18,073 nt of DNA from Candidatus Cryosericum sp. (lineage in GTDB: Bacteria; Caldisericota; Caldisericia; Cryosericales; Cryosericaceae), in NCBI GenBank assembly GCA_049699855.1, contig JBNAWM010000018.1:1-18073 (forward strand), written 5' to 3'. The stretch's first letter is position 1; the number at the start of each line of letters is the position of its first letter. A model generated the notes under the pieces. It did not search any database and was not told the DNA's origin. It saw only the letters and a list, made by a program, of their open reading frames with translations. Positions 7,682 through 15,323 of this stretch are shown one piece after another. The translations under genes were made by a program, and so were the position numbers.

Positions 7682-8398
7682 ATGGCGGCGTTGTACAGGA
7701 GAGTATTGCTGAAACTTAGTGGCGAAGCTCTGAAGGGCAGCGCCGCTTCTGGTATTGACTTTTCGGTCTTGCAATTCATTGCGGGCGAAGTGCAGGAACT
7801 GCTGAAAGCCGGCGTTCAGGTCGGTGTGGTCATCGGCGGGGGAAACATCTGGCGAGGCGTCAATGCCGAGGGTACGGGGCTTGACCGGGCGACTGCGGAC
7901 TATATGGGGATGCTTGCGACGATCATGAATGGGCTTGCGCTTCAGGCCGCATTCGAACAAGTGGGCATAGAGGCGAGGGTCATGTCTGCCCTGCGCCTGG
8001 ACCAGGTTTGTGAGCCATACATTCGCCAGCGTGCTCTGGAACACCTCAGAAGGAATCGCGTGGTGATTTTTGTCGGGGGGACCGGCCTCCCGTATTTCAC
8101 GACCGATACCGTTGCGGCTCTGCGCGGGGTCGAGGTCGGTGCCGATGTCTTCCTCAAGGGGACAAATGTCGACGCAGTCTACTCGGGGGATCCACGGACC
8201 GACAAGCTGGCCGCGCCGTATGCCCAGCTTGGCTATGACCAGTTTCTCGCGGATCATCTGAAGGCGATGGACGCCACCGCCGTTTCTCTGTGCCGCGAGA
8301 ATCACCTTCCAATTTTGCTGTTCAACATGAACAAGCCCGGGAACATTGTCCGGGCGGTGATGCAAGGCGACATTGGAACTTTGATCAAGGAGGCTTAG
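7682..8398 (+). CDS. pyrH: Uridylate kinase
   Basis: RVLLKLSGEAL, VIGGGNIWRG, ADYMGMLATIMN, GLPYFTTD, AMDATA. Start ATG 7682 (GTG 7673 is an alternative). Confidence 0.98.
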   Translation: MAALYRRVLLKLSGEALKGSAASGIDFSVLQFIAGEVQELLKAGVQVGVVIGGGNIWRGVNAEGTGLDRATADYMGMLATIMNGLALQAAFEQVGIEARVMSALRLDQVCEPYIRQRALEHLRRNRVVIFVGGTGLPYFTTDTVAALRGVEVGADVFLKGTNVDAVYSGDPRTDKLAAPYAQLGYDQFLADHLKAMDATAVSLCRENHLPILLFNMNKPGNIVRAVMQGDIGTLIKEA

Positions 8399-8953
8399 AT
8401 GGACAAATTCTTCACGCCAGTGGATGCGAGGATGCAGACAGCAGGGCAGGCTCTCCTGAAGGACTATGCCGAGATTCGTGCCGGACGCATTACGCCCGCG
8501 TATCTTGACGGTGTCGTCGTTGAGGCCTATGGACAGCGGAGTCCGCTCAAGGATGTGGCGACAATTTCAGCTCCTCAGGCAAAGATGCTTGTTGTCGAGC
8601 CATGGGACAAGACCTTGTTGAAAGAGGTCGAGCGCGCCATTCTGAAAGCCAACATTGGGGTCACTCCCAGCAATGATGGGGCGCGGGTGCGGCTCGTGTT
8701 TCCGGATCTGACGCTTGACGAACGGAAGAAGATGGTTGCTCGCATTGCGCAGCTCACCGAGAAGTTCCGTGAAGAAATCCGGGCTATCCGCCGTGAGGTT
8801 CGTGATGAGATCAAGGCAAAGGAAAAGGCCAAGGAGCTCTCGGAGGACGAACAGCATCGGCTTGAGGAAGAGCTTGAAAAGCTGACTGAGAAACACATTG
8901 CCGAGGTCAACAAGGCGTTCGAGGCCAAAGAGAAGGAGATTCTATCGCTGTAG
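8399..8953 (+). CDS. frr: Ribosome recycling factor
   Basis: IRAGR, YGQRSPL, EPWDK, PSNDG, IRAIRRE, KEKEIL; starts immediately after the pyrH stop with SD AAGGAGG. Confidence 0.96.
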   Translation: MDKFFTPVDARMQTAGQALLKDYAEIRAGRITPAYLDGVVVEAYGQRSPLKDVATISAPQAKMLVVEPWDKTLLKEVERAILKANIGVTPSNDGARVRLVFPDLTLDERKKMVARIAQLTEKFREEIRAIRREVRDEIKAKEKAKELSEDEQHRLEEELEKLTEKHIAEVNKAFEAKEKEILSL

Positions 8954-8967
8954 AGGCAGCCAAACCC

Positions 8968-9669
8968 GTGACAGCAGGCACTCAGCTTCATGTTGCCATT
9001 GTCATGGATGGCAATGGCAGGTGGGCTGTGGCGCGAGGACTGCCCCGCATCGCTGGTCACCGGCAGGGCGCCCAGGTTGTCCATGACATCGTAGCTGCGG
9101 CACCCGGCCTGGGCATCACGGCCCTCACCATTTTTGCCTTCTCGACTGAGAACTGGAAGCGGCCGGCGGACGAGGTGAGCTACATCCTTCACCTGTTTGT
9201 CGCGATGGTGAACAAGTGGCTGCCCGAGTTGATGGCCCAGCATGTCCGGGTAAGGGTAGTAGGAGACCGCGAAGCGCTTCCATCGGATGTGAGGAGTTCG
9301 GTTGAGGTTATCGAAAGCCGGACTGCATCTGGTGATGGTCTTCATCTCAACGTTGCATTGAACTACGGTGGGCGCGCAGAGATCCTGCACGCTGCGAGGG
9401 CATTTGCCAAGGACTGCACTGCTGGAAAGGCGGTACCCTCCGACCTGACGGAGGAGCGGTTTGGTTCGTATCTCTGGTTGGGAAGCGAGCCGGCACCGGA
9501 CCTTGTCATCAGGACAGCAGGAGAATTGCGGGTCTCGAACTTCCTGCTGTGGGAGATGGCCTATTCTGAGCTGTTTTTCTTGGACGTGTTCTGGCCTGAC
9601 GTTACTCCAGCGATACTTGGTTCAGTGCTCCAGCAATTCAAAAGCAGAGATCGGAGGTTTGGCGGCTGA
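8968..9669 (+). CDS. uppS: Undecaprenyl/polyprenyl diphosphate synthase (cis-prenyltransferase)
   Basis: HVAIVMDGNGRWA, FSTENWKRP, LNYGGRAEI, IRTAGELRVSNFLLW, C-terminal RRFGG. Confidence 0.97.
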   Translation: MTAGTQLHVAIVMDGNGRWAVARGLPRIAGHRQGAQVVHDIVAAAPGLGITALTIFAFSTENWKRPADEVSYILHLFVAMVNKWLPELMAQHVRVRVVGDREALPSDVRSSVEVIESRTASGDGLHLNVALNYGGRAEILHAARAFAKDCTAGKAVPSDLTEERFGSYLWLGSEPAPDLVIRTAGELRVSNFLLWEMAYSELFFLDVFWPDVTPAILGSVLQQFKSRDRRFGG

Positions 9670-10859
9670 TGACGGGCAGTAGAGGTCTTGTGCTTTTTGG
9701 TTCGACTGGTTCGGTTGGCACGCAGGTACTCGACGTGGTAAGGAGCCAGCCTGACCGATACCACATTGTAGGTCTCTCAGCGCACAGCAATGACGAGCTG
9801 TTGGCTGAACAAACGCTGGCGTTTCAGCCGCGCTTCGTGGGGCTGTCGGACGGGGCGGCGCGCGAGCGATTGGCAATCAGACTCGAGCGTCACGGCATCA
9901 GCATCCCGATCGTCGGAGATAATGAACTGCCGGCCATGCTGGGCAGGGTGGCTTTTGACATGCCGGTTGTCGCCGCCGCATCGATTGATCTTGCCGAGGT
10001 CGTCTATGACCTGCTCAGGTCGGGGCTGCCCATGGCGATCGCCAGCAAGGAGCTGCTCATCACGCTGGGGGACCTGTTGGAGCCCTTCCGGGCGCAGCTT
10101 CATCCTATCGACAGCGAGTTGTCGGCAATCTGGCAATGTCTTGCCGGTGAGAATATGGAAGCGGTTGAGCGCATTGTGCTGACGGCTTCCGGGGGACCGT
10201 TCCGCTCTCTGCCAGCAGCAGACCTGGATACAGTGACGGTGGTGCAGGCACTACAGCATCCGTCGTGGCGGATGGGTCACAAGGTGACCATTGACTCGGC
10301 AACGCTGTTCAACAAGGCTCTCGAGCTTGCCGAGACGCACGTGCTGTTTGGCGTCGACCCCGTCCATATTACTGCCGTACAGCATCCCCAGTCGATTGTT
10401 CATGGTCTCGTGGAATTCAGGGACAGCACGACACGAGCGATATTGTACCGTCCAGATATGCGCGTGGCCATTGCTTACGCATTGTCGGTTCCCGAACGCC
10501 CTGCTTATCGTGAGATGGCCAGACTGCGTCTGGAGGATGTGGGCTCACTGACGTTCGAACCAATCGATGCGAAATTCGAAGCCTTTGGCCTTGGGCACGA
10601 GGCGCAGCTGCGCTCTGCAAGAGCAATGCTGGCCCTGCTCGGTGCCGACGAGGTTGCCGTTTCACGGTTCCTCGTTGCACAAGGAAGCTTTGGCGATATA
10701 GTTGGCGTACTGCGGCACGTGCTTGCGAAAACGGGCGACCAGCCATTGGAGGCAAACGTCCGGAATCGCGTGCAGGCTGTTGCAGACGGGCGCCAGCTGG
10801 CAGCAGCGTGGTACGAGAGCAAGTATGGCTCGCAGCCAGACGACTCGGAAGGAGTTTGA
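9669..10859 (+). CDS. dxr: 1-deoxy-D-xylulose 5-phosphate reductoisomerase
   Basis: GSTGSVG, PIDSE, LTASGGPF, HPSWRMGHKVTIDSATLFNK, HPQSIVH, PDMR; TGATG overlap with uppS. Confidence 0.95.
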   Translation: MTGSRGLVLFGSTGSVGTQVLDVVRSQPDRYHIVGLSAHSNDELLAEQTLAFQPRFVGLSDGAARERLAIRLERHGISIPIVGDNELPAMLGRVAFDMPVVAAASIDLAEVVYDLLRSGLPMAIASKELLITLGDLLEPFRAQLHPIDSELSAIWQCLAGENMEAVERIVLTASGGPFRSLPAADLDTVTVVQALQHPSWRMGHKVTIDSATLFNKALELAETHVLFGVDPVHITAVQHPQSIVHGLVEFRDSTTRAILYRPDMRVAIAYALSVPERPAYREMARLRLEDVGSLTFEPIDAKFEAFGLGHEAQLRSARAMLALLGADEVAVSRFLVAQGSFGDIVGVLRHVLAKTGDQPLEANVRNRVQAVADGRQLAAAWYESKYGSQPDDSEGV

Positions 10860-10862
10860 CCT

Positions 10863-11885
10863 GTGCAAATCGTGGTGACTATTCTTGCCTTCGTGTTTAG
10901 TTTCACGCTGGCAACGCTTTTTCATGAAGGTGGCCACATGCTGGCTGCGCGCGCATCTCACATCCAGACGGAGGAATTCGGCCTGGGTTTTGGGCGCACG
11001 ATCTGGTCGCGCACCTGGCATGGTACCGTTTACAAGATCAATGCCCTGCCGGTTCTTGCCTATGTAAAGATCAAGGGCATGGAATCCGATTATGACGCGC
11101 CGGACGGCTTTTACACCAAAGGCTGGTGGAGCCGTTTCTTTACGATGGTGGGCGGCATGCTGGGAAACCTCGTCTTAGCGGTCATCATCTTCAGCATCGT
11201 GTTCTCGACGCTTGGCGATCCGCGCGCTTCTACCAAAGTGGGCACCGTTACTCCCTCTTCGCCTGCCGCGGTGGCCGGCCTCAAGGCGGGCGACAACATC
11301 CTCTTCATCGACGGCGTTCCCATGAAGGACTTTGACCAGATTGCCTCTGTTGTCAGGTCCAGCGAGAACAAACAGATCGACATCCGCGTGGCCCGCGGCG
11401 GTCAGCAGGTTGACATCCTGGTCACTCCCGTCATGGATGCCAAACTCGGCTATCCAGCAATCGGCTACGCTCCTGGCTTTGTCCGCTATAATCCGCTGGT
11501 GGCTGTCTGGAGATCATTGACGTTCACGGCCGAGTATGTCGTCACCTATATCAAGGCTCTGCCCATGTTGTTCACAAAGGCTGGCGTCCAATCGCTCACT
11601 GGCCCCATTGGCATCGCCCGCATGACTGGTGAGGCCGCCATGGGTGGTTTCATGAGCCTGCTGTGGCTGACCGGCATCATTTCGGTGGCTATCGGGCTGA
11701 CCCAGCTGCTGCCGATCCCAGCCCTGGACGGTGGATGGGTGCTGTTCCTGCTGGCAGAGGCGGTAATGCGCCGCCGTATCCCGCCTGAGCGCCAGGGAAC
11801 CATCCAGAGCATTGGCCTGTTCGTGTTGCTGGGAGTTATGGTGCTGATCTCCATCAAGGATGTGGCAGGGTTCTTCGTCCATTAG
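10863..11885 (+). CDS. rseP: Site-2 intramembrane zinc metalloprotease RseP/RasP (M50) with one PDZ domain
   Basis: HEGGH zinc motif, FGLGFG, PDZ SPAAVAGLKAGD, GPIGI, LLPIPALDGG; standard position between dxr and ispG. Confidence 0.93.
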   Translation: MQIVVTILAFVFSFTLATLFHEGGHMLAARASHIQTEEFGLGFGRTIWSRTWHGTVYKINALPVLAYVKIKGMESDYDAPDGFYTKGWWSRFFTMVGGMLGNLVLAVIIFSIVFSTLGDPRASTKVGTVTPSSPAAVAGLKAGDNILFIDGVPMKDFDQIASVVRSSENKQIDIRVARGGQQVDILVTPVMDAKLGYPAIGYAPGFVRYNPLVAVWRSLTFTAEYVVTYIKALPMLFTKAGVQSLTGPIGIARMTGEAAMGGFMSLLWLTGIISVAIGLTQLLPIPALDGGWVLFLLAEAVMRRRIPPERQGTIQSIGLFVLLGVMVLISIKDVAGFFVH

Positions 11886-11887
11886 CC

Positions 11888-12931
11888 ATGCAACGCAGAG
11901 TGTCACGTGTCATCAAGGTCGGGCCGCTGTCAATGGGCGGCGAATACCCTGTGGTCGTGCAGACCATGACGAAGACCGACACGCGGGATGTCGCGGCGAC
12001 GGTGAACCAGATCCACGTTCTTGAAGAGCACGGCGCTGAACTGGTGCGGCTGGCCGTGAAGGACATGGAGGCGGCGCGGGCTCTGCGTGAGATCAAGCGC
12101 GAGGTTTCCGTGCCTCTTGTTGCCGACATTCACTTTGACCCGGTGTTGGCGCTTGCCTCCATCGATGCAGGCGTCGACAAGATCCGCCTGAATCCGTCGA
12201 ATATCAAGGATCCGGCCATGGTGCTGGAAGTAGCACGTGCGGCGAAGGTGGCTTCCATTCCGATTCGCGTCGGCGCCAACCTGGGGTCGATGGATCCACG
12301 GCTCACGCGTTCGGGGCGGGCTCGCGCTCTTGCCGACGAGGCTCTGCGCGAGGCGCATCTTCTGGAGGAAGCGGATTTTCACGACATTGTTATCTCCGTA
12401 AAGAGCAGTGACGTGCGTGAGATGGTGGAGGCGGCGCGCATCGTAGCCGGCGCGAGCGACTATCCCCTGCACCTCGGGGTCACGGAAGCTGGGCCTTTGA
12501 ACCAGTCGCTGATCAAGAGCAGTGCGGGTATCGGCAGCCTTCTCATGGAAGGCATTGGCGATACGATCCGGTACTCGATCAGCGGCGATCCAGTTCTTGA
12601 GGTGGATGCTGCCTGGACTCTGCTGGCCGCCCTGGATCTGCGCAAGCATGGCGCTCAGATTGTCTCGTGTCCGACGTGTGGCCGCTGTGAGGTGCCCGAT
12701 CTTCTTGCGCTGGTCGGTCAGCTGGAGAGGCGCATCGGCGAGATCAAGAAGCCGCTTTCTGTGGCACTCATGGGCTGCGTTGTCAATGGCGTGGGCGAGG
12801 GAAAATCAGCCGATCTGGGCATTGCCTGCGGCCGCGACCAGGGCATCCTGTTCATCCATGGTGAACCTGTCCGCAACGTAAAGCCGGATGAGTTTATTGA
12901 CACCCTGATCGCCGAAGCCAACAAGCTGTAG
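11888..12931 (+). CDS. ispG: (E)-4-hydroxy-3-methylbut-2-enyl diphosphate synthase IspG/GcpE
   Basis: PLVADIHFD, KIRLNP, YPLHLGVTEAG, GIGDTIR, and Fe-S cysteines SCPTCGRC and MGCVVNG. Confidence 0.97.
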   Translation: MQRRVSRVIKVGPLSMGGEYPVVVQTMTKTDTRDVAATVNQIHVLEEHGAELVRLAVKDMEAARALREIKREVSVPLVADIHFDPVLALASIDAGVDKIRLNPSNIKDPAMVLEVARAAKVASIPIRVGANLGSMDPRLTRSGRARALADEALREAHLLEEADFHDIVISVKSSDVREMVEAARIVAGASDYPLHLGVTEAGPLNQSLIKSSAGIGSLLMEGIGDTIRYSISGDPVLEVDAAWTLLAALDLRKHGAQIVSCPTCGRCEVPDLLALVGQLERRIGEIKKPLSVALMGCVVNGVGEGKSADLGIACGRDQGILFIHGEPVRNVKPDEFIDTLIAEANKL

Positions 12932-12990
12932 CATCTCCTGTCCCCGTTTCCTCTGTTGCCTCCCTGCTGAAAGAGTGATTTTTGGTCTTG

Positions 12991-13018
12991 TTGATTTTTT
13001 TGGTTTTTTGTGCATACT
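12991..13018 (+). promoter_or_regulatory. Putative promoter of the regulator / radical SAM / flippase module
   Basis: TTGATT (12991-12996), 16-nt spacer, CATACT (13013-13018) within a very T-rich patch; SD AAAGGAG at 13038-13044. Confidence 0.5.
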
Positions 13019-13051
13019 GAGCACGCAGGTAATTCAGAAAGGAGCGAACAG

Positions 13052-13771
13052 ATGAAGAGCGGTCAGATCGAGGATTCGACAGGCAAGCTCACATCACGGC
13101 AGCATGAGTTCTTCTCTTCGCTGTTGCGGCTTTATGAAGCGAAGGGGCACGCTGTTTCCTACAAGGATGTGGCTGCTGCCATGAAGGTCAGCAAGTGGAC
13201 CGCATATGACGTGCTGCGCGGTCTGGCTGACCGGGGAATCGTTCATGCCGAGTACGCTCTCACGGCAGGGAAAGGCAGGTCCCAGGTGTTGTACAGCCCT
13301 GTGACATCGAGCGCTGAAGAGGTATCGGCGGAGGTGAACGTCACTGAACGTGCGGCACTCCTGTGGTTGCGGCAGACGGCCGAGAAATATGCCACGCATG
13401 GGGTGGCGGAATCGATCAGTCTCGCGGCGCGGTCAGTGCGTGAAGAGAAGAACGCGTTTCGCGTGGCACTGCGCGTTTCGCTTATGATCGTCCTCTTTGC
13501 GAGTTTCTTCAGCGTGGACATGGATCGGCTCGTTCACACACGGGCGCTGGTCGCTTCGGGGGTGTCGGCAGATACGATTCTGGGTCTGCTGGGCGAAATC
13601 ATGTTTTCGCTTCTGCAGGACGAGGCATGGATCATGGGACATCTCTCCCTGCCACAAAAAGCACTGCAGGAGTTCGCTGAGGTTCAGAAGTCGTTCATGG
13701 CGAGCGTTGTTCAATTGAGTGGTCTGGAAAAGCGCCTCATGGTGGCGGTGATCGGGCAGGCACTTGCATAA
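13052..13771 (+). CDS. Putative transcriptional regulator: N-terminal winged helix (LexA/HrcA-like DNA-binding domain) plus hydrophobic helical C-terminal domain
   Basis: LTSRQHEFFSSLLRLYEAKGHAVSYKDVAAAMKVSKWTAYDVLRGLADRGIV fits an LTxRQ...HTH...LxxxGxI winged helix. ATG 13052 follows SD AAAGGAG. Confidence 0.75.
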   Translation: MKSGQIEDSTGKLTSRQHEFFSSLLRLYEAKGHAVSYKDVAAAMKVSKWTAYDVLRGLADRGIVHAEYALTAGKGRSQVLYSPVTSSAEEVSAEVNVTERAALLWLRQTAEKYATHGVAESISLAARSVREEKNAFRVALRVSLMIVLFASFFSVDMDRLVHTRALVASGVSADTILGLLGEIMFSLLQDEAWIMGHLSLPQKALQEFAEVQKSFMASVVQLSGLEKRLMVAVIGQALA

Positions 13772-13823
13772 AGTGCATAAAACAAATCGATGACGTGGAT
13801 CACAGTGTGGGGGTGATGGTTGC

Positions 13824-15293
13824 ATGAGCTTCAATGTTAAGGAAAATGTGGAACGTACTGCCGTAAGGGTCGTCATGGATCGTGTGGTCGAAGACTTGAA
13901 AAAGGATCCGGAACACAACCTGGACAAGGCAATCGACAAGATCTCGGCTCTGTCGGACAAGTTGTCGTTTCTCCCAGTGTTCAAGACACAGATCGAGGGC
14001 ATCAAGCGCATGGCTGAGAACGACAGGCCCGGCAAGCATCTCATTATCAATGCGCTCCGGGATACCGACGAAAATGTACTGAAGACACTGGTCAATGACT
14101 TTGTCATCGAGGCAAGCTGGCTGGGTATAGCGCGGCAGCGCAGGATCACCCAGCGAGACGGCTTCAACGTGCCCTACTTCATGCTCATCGATCCGACGGA
14201 GCGCTGCAACTACAACTGCAAGGGATGTTGGGCCGGATCCTATCAGCAGGCCAAGGAGATGCCCTTTGAGACGTTTGACCGCATCTTGACGGAGGGTGCG
14301 GACCTTGGGATACACTTTGTCGTTGTTTCAGGCGGAGAGCCAACCATGTATCCGCGGTTGACGGAGATGTTCAACAAGCACAAAGACATTGCCTTCATGT
14401 TCTATACCAACGGCTCTCTCTTCACCGAGAAATTCGTCGAGGGCCTGCGGAGTGCCGGAAATGCCATCCCATGCTTCAGTGTTGAAGGCTTCAAGGAGAA
14501 AACCGACGACCGCCGCGGTGATGGCGCCTGGGACCGCGTTATGCTGGCCATGGACCGCTGTCAGAAGGCTGGCGTCCCCTTCGGCTACTCTATCACCGAA
14601 ACCCACCAGAATATCGATGAAGTTACCAGCGATGCATTTGTCGACCACATGATCGACAAGGGAGCCAAGATCGCCTGGTACTTCCAGTACATCCCTATCG
14701 GACGGACTCCAGACCTCTCCATGCGGCTGACTCCAGAAGAACGCCTTTTCTCCTACCGGCGCATACATGAACTGCGTGAAACCAAACCGCTGTTTGCTGC
14801 TGACTTCTGGAATGATGGACCATATACGGGAGGCTGTCTGGCTGGCGGACGGCGCTACCTGCACATCACTGCTGATGGTGGTATCGAGCCATGTGCGTTC
14901 ATCCACCTCTCACAGGGCAACATCAACGACATGTCGCTGGCCCAGGCCCTGCAACTGCCGTTCTTCCAGGAGATCCAGAAACTGCAGCCGTATTCGGACA
15001 ACTTGCTGTCGCCTTGCTTGCTGGTGGATCACCCCGACTATTTTCGCAAGATTGCCGCCATGCCCGGCGTGCACGGTACCGATGGCACGGTTGAGAACAT
15101 GAGCGGCGAAGTTGGCAGACACCTGGATCAGATTTCGAAGGATTGGGAGGCACTTTCGCGACCGGTCTTCGAACACGATTTTCCCGAAGAAGCCGCCAAG
15201 TTCGCAAAGCTGAAGAAGGACAAGGAGGCCAGCATTGCCGCGCACGGTGGCGACATGACGGCGTTCTACAAAGACCCTGCCGTTGAAAAGTGA
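13824..15293 (+). CDS. Radical SAM enzyme with N-terminal helical extension and Twitch/SPASM-like C-terminal domain; substrate unknown
   Basis: CNYNCKGC (CxxxCxxC, nt about 14205-14228), SGGEP, YTNG, SVEG; auxiliary cysteines in GGCLAGG, IEPCAF and SPCLLVD. SD-like GGGGGTGA upstream. Confidence 0.9.
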   Translation: MSFNVKENVERTAVRVVMDRVVEDLKKDPEHNLDKAIDKISALSDKLSFLPVFKTQIEGIKRMAENDRPGKHLIINALRDTDENVLKTLVNDFVIEASWLGIARQRRITQRDGFNVPYFMLIDPTERCNYNCKGCWAGSYQQAKEMPFETFDRILTEGADLGIHFVVVSGGEPTMYPRLTEMFNKHKDIAFMFYTNGSLFTEKFVEGLRSAGNAIPCFSVEGFKEKTDDRRGDGAWDRVMLAMDRCQKAGVPFGYSITETHQNIDEVTSDAFVDHMIDKGAKIAWYFQYIPIGRTPDLSMRLTPEERLFSYRRIHELRETKPLFAADFWNDGPYTGGCLAGGRRYLHITADGGIEPCAFIHLSQGNINDMSLAQALQLPFFQEIQKLQPYSDNLLSPCLLVDHPDYFRKIAAMPGVHGTDGTVENMSGEVGRHLDQISKDWEALSRPVFEHDFPEEAAKFAKLKKDKEASIAAHGGDMTAFYKDPAVEK

Positions 15294-15323
15294 TCACCCT
15301 TCTTCATTGAGTGTGGCAGTTTG

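Noticed and set aside
7661..7684. Internal or leaderless promoter for pyrH (CATAAT at 7667-7672)
   Set aside because: No -35 or extended -10, and the 9-nt distance to the ATG is atypical; too weak to call.
7205..8365. 386-aa minus-strand ORF, and similar antisense ORFs (452..1303, 6231..7055, 8575..9390, 11930..12649, 13433..14167)
   Set aside because: They lie antisense to well-supported genes and have no recognisable motifs; shadow ORFs are expected at high GC.
11695..11733. RseP TQLLPIPALDGG (Q in place of the usual N) as a sign of inactivation
   Set aside because: Conservative change; HExxH and the LDG zinc ligand are intact.
13760..13776. GCACTT-N5-AAGTGC inverted repeat at the regulator stop as terminator or operator
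   Set aside because: Only a 6-bp stem with no U-tract on the coding strand; could be chance.
13772..15323. RiPP cluster around the radical SAM enzyme
   Set aside because: Flanking gaps (52 and about 30 nt) are too short for a precursor peptide; no RRE/PqqD, protease or ABC exporter is seen.
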